A stretch of DNA of 64,000 nt from the NCBI GenBank assembly GCA_040388575.1, contig JAZKBO010000006.1:43250-107249 (forward strand), given 5' to 3'. How positions within the stretch are numbered: the first letter of the stretch is position 1; the number at the start of each line of letters is the position of its first letter. The notes under the pieces are model-generated. The model was not told the DNA's origin. It worked only from the letters and a program-made list of their open reading frames with translations, and did not search any database. The position numbers and the translations under genes are program-made. Shown in pieces: positions 62,438 to 64,000 of the stretch. This DNA comes from Patescibacteria group bacterium (lineage in GTDB: Bacteria; Patescibacteriota; Minisyncoccia; Phycocordibacterales; UBA9973).

Positions 62438-62574
62438 TTATCTAATTCTCAAATTATACCATATATATAAAGGCTAAAGTCACGTTTTTGGCACCTGAAA
62501 TTTGAGGCTAATTTAGTACCAAAATCTTGGTCAATTTTTGACTACTTTTTTTAGCCTAAATTTCAATATTTTTC

Positions 62575-63351
62575 TTACTCTAAAATTTCGAAATCTTGAG
62601 CAGTGTCTAAGGAATTAGTTTCACGGTTTCTACGTCTAATAAAGTAACTAGCAATGGATCCAATAACGATAAGGATAATCAAGATGGTTACAAAAAGTAA
62701 CCGACTGATTTTATGATTACTTTCTTGCGTCTGTACTTTTTCTATGGGCTGAATTAATGGTGTCGCTTCAGTTTTTTGGATAGTTGTCATAGTAGATAAT
62801 TTAGCTGGAGGTGTTGCAACTTGAGTAATCTTTGGCTTTACAATTAGGTAGTTTTCCACACCCGCGGTTGGCAATGATGCAACCCAGGCACCATTTATTT
62901 TCTGCAAAGAATTACCATCACCTGCCCCGCCTTGGCTGGATTGATATGTAAATTGATCTAAAATATTTTCAGAATTTTTTATAATTTCTTTCAATGCTAA
63001 GGGCTCACCAGTATTACTTAATGAAAAAGTTGAGTCGAAAATAGTACCGGAATAACTCGGCCAATCACTTTTAAATTTTGCACTGTCGGCTACTATTACC
63101 GCGTAGCCTTCAGCGGGTATTTTATTTATGCCTTGCACTAAAGTAAGCTTATGATTTGTATTGGCTTCAAATAATTTTATGTTTGTCATATCGATTTCTT
63201 GATCGGAATTATTGAATATCTCGATCCACTCCCGGCCAGTATCGCTGCCAGTTTTAAGGTTGTACATTATTTCATTAATTTGGAGTGCTGCAAAAGCAAA
63301 ATAGCTCGGGCAAAATAAAAGAATCATCAGCATGACAATTACTTTTTTCAT
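62575..63351 (-). CDS. Lamin-tail-domain (LTD) surface protein with a signal peptide and a C-terminal TM anchor.
   Basis: 258 aa. Signal 'MKKVIVMLMILLFCPSYFAFAA'. LTD signature 'LQINEIMYNLKTGSDTGREWIEIFNNSDQEIDMTNIKL' (cf. the I.E.mynP.G.D..EWIElyN pattern). C-terminal TM 'LLFVTILIILIVIGSIASYFI' followed by RRRNR. Confidence 0.65.
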   Translation of the reverse strand: MKKVIVMLMILLFCPSYFAFAALQINEIMYNLKTGSDTGREWIEIFNNSDQEIDMTNIKLFEANTNHKLTLVQGINKIPAEGYAVIVADSAKFKSDWPSYSGTIFDSTFSLSNTGEPLALKEIIKNSENILDQFTYQSSQGGAGDGNSLQKINGAWVASLPTAGVENYLIVKPKITQVATPPAKLSTMTTIQKTEATPLIQPIEKVQTQESNHKISRLLFVTILIILIVIGSIASYFIRRRNRETNSLDTAQDFEILE

Positions 63352-63366
63352 TGCTATAATAATACC

Positions 63367-64000
63367 ATGAAAAATTTACAATTCTTGGCAATTGGGGATA
63401 CCGTAATAGACGCCTTTATTAAGCTAACGGATGCTGACCATATAGATGTACGCGGGGTGCCAGATCACGAGGACTTCAAAATTTGCTTACCTTATGCTGA
63501 AAAAATACCGTATGAGGAAGTGGACGTAATAAATGCAGTTGGAAATGCTGCTAATGCAGCGGTTTCTGCTGCCCGCCTTGGGCTCACTAGCTCTCTTGTT
63601 TCAAATTTAGGAGATGATCAGAATGGCAGAGACTGTTTAGCATCACTTGAGAGCGATAAAGTTGGTACTGAATTCATTCAAATAAATAAGGGGATGAAGA
63701 CTAACTATCATTATGTACTTTGGTATAAAACAGAGAGGACAATACTAATAAAACACGAGAAATATCCTTATATTTTGCCGGATATTGGCGAGCCAGAGTG
63801 GCTTTATTTCAGTTCTGTAAGTAAGGATGCCTTCCCTTTCCATGACCTAGTAGCCAACTACCTAGAAACTCATAGTGGTATCAAATTTGCCTTCCAACCA
63901 GGTAAAAATGAGATAAATCTTGGTAAAGACAAGCTTGCCAGGCTATACAAGCGAGCTGATATCTTCTTTTGTAACGTTGAGGAGGCTAGGACTATCCTAG
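63367..64000 (+). CDS. PfkB-family carbohydrate/ribokinase-like kinase (N-terminal part; the ORF runs off the window end).
   Basis: 'LAIGDTVIDAFIKL' (N-terminal Gly-rich sugar-binding motif) and 'INAVGNAANAAVSAARLGL' are typical of the ribokinase/PfkB superfamily. TATAAT sits about 8 nt upstream of the ATG (possibly a leaderless or short leader). Not in the ORF table because it lacks a stop within the window. Confidence 0.6.
   Translation, partial: MKNLQFLAIGDTVIDAFIKLTDADHIDVRGVPDHEDFKICLPYAEKIPYEEVDVINAVGNAANAAVSAARLGLTSSLVSNLGDDQNGRDCLASLESDKVGTEFIQINKGMKTNYHYVLWYKTERTILIKHEKYPYILPDIGEPEWLYFSSVSKDAFPFHDLVANYLETHSGIKFAFQPGKNEINLGKDKLARLYKRADIFFCNVEEARTIL

Noticed and set aside
62438-62574. 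Weak inverted repeats ('aggctaa…ttagcct', 'gtcaatttttgac') between the lamin-tail-domain gene and the 16 kb gene, as a possible terminator.
   Set aside because: The stems are only 5-7 bp with long loops, and the T-run is on the wrong strand for minus-strand transcription. This is more likely an AT-rich promoter region.
1-64000. Search for tRNA, rRNA, CRISPR arrays, transposase or integrase genes, and toxin-antitoxin or restriction-modification defence genes.
   Set aside because: Nothing was recognisable by eye: no cloverleaf-like conserved tRNA motifs, no regular repeat-spacer arrays, and no DDE, tyrosine-recombinase or serine-recombinase signatures in any ORF.

Overview
This 64 kb window is low-GC (roughly 40-45%), gene-dense and has almost no intergenic space. 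The gene content suggests a reduced-genome bacterium of the Candidate Phyla Radiation (Patescibacteria) type, but that lineage call is inference. The supporting observations are a minimal YchF lacking its helical insert, cohesin-like and dockerin modules, a lamin-tail-domain protein, giant Thr/Gly/Ser-rich surface proteins, and no transposases, rRNA, tRNA or CRISPR.

About 55 kb of the window (7019..63351) is one co-directional minus-strand super-cluster of cell-surface genes. It contains three paralogous membrane-anchored cohesin-like scaffold proteins, seven secreted proteins ending in canonical type-I dockerin modules, and two giant repetitive surface proteins. Six of the dockerin proteins form a diversified paralog family arranged as two tandem triplets. 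The giant proteins are 5838 aa (with a discoidin/F5-8 type C domain) and 5377 aa (with an LVIVD beta-propeller), and carry kb-scale internal repeats. A Gly-rich secreted protein, a Bro-N/Hsp20 fusion gene and a lamin-tail-domain protein sit between and beside these. Together this looks like a cellulosome-style cohesin-dockerin surface-display system, which I flag as the most interesting, probably undescribed, feature.

Upstream housekeeping genes include a SAM-dependent methyltransferase, a DUF1003-like protein, YchF, an ECF sigma factor divergent from a PAS protein, and a partial PfkB sugar kinase at the right edge. A sharply bounded high-GC (~60%) 2.7 kb insert carries pyrD, a pyrE-like gene and pyrF between two GC-rich hairpin terminators. 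It looks horizontally acquired.
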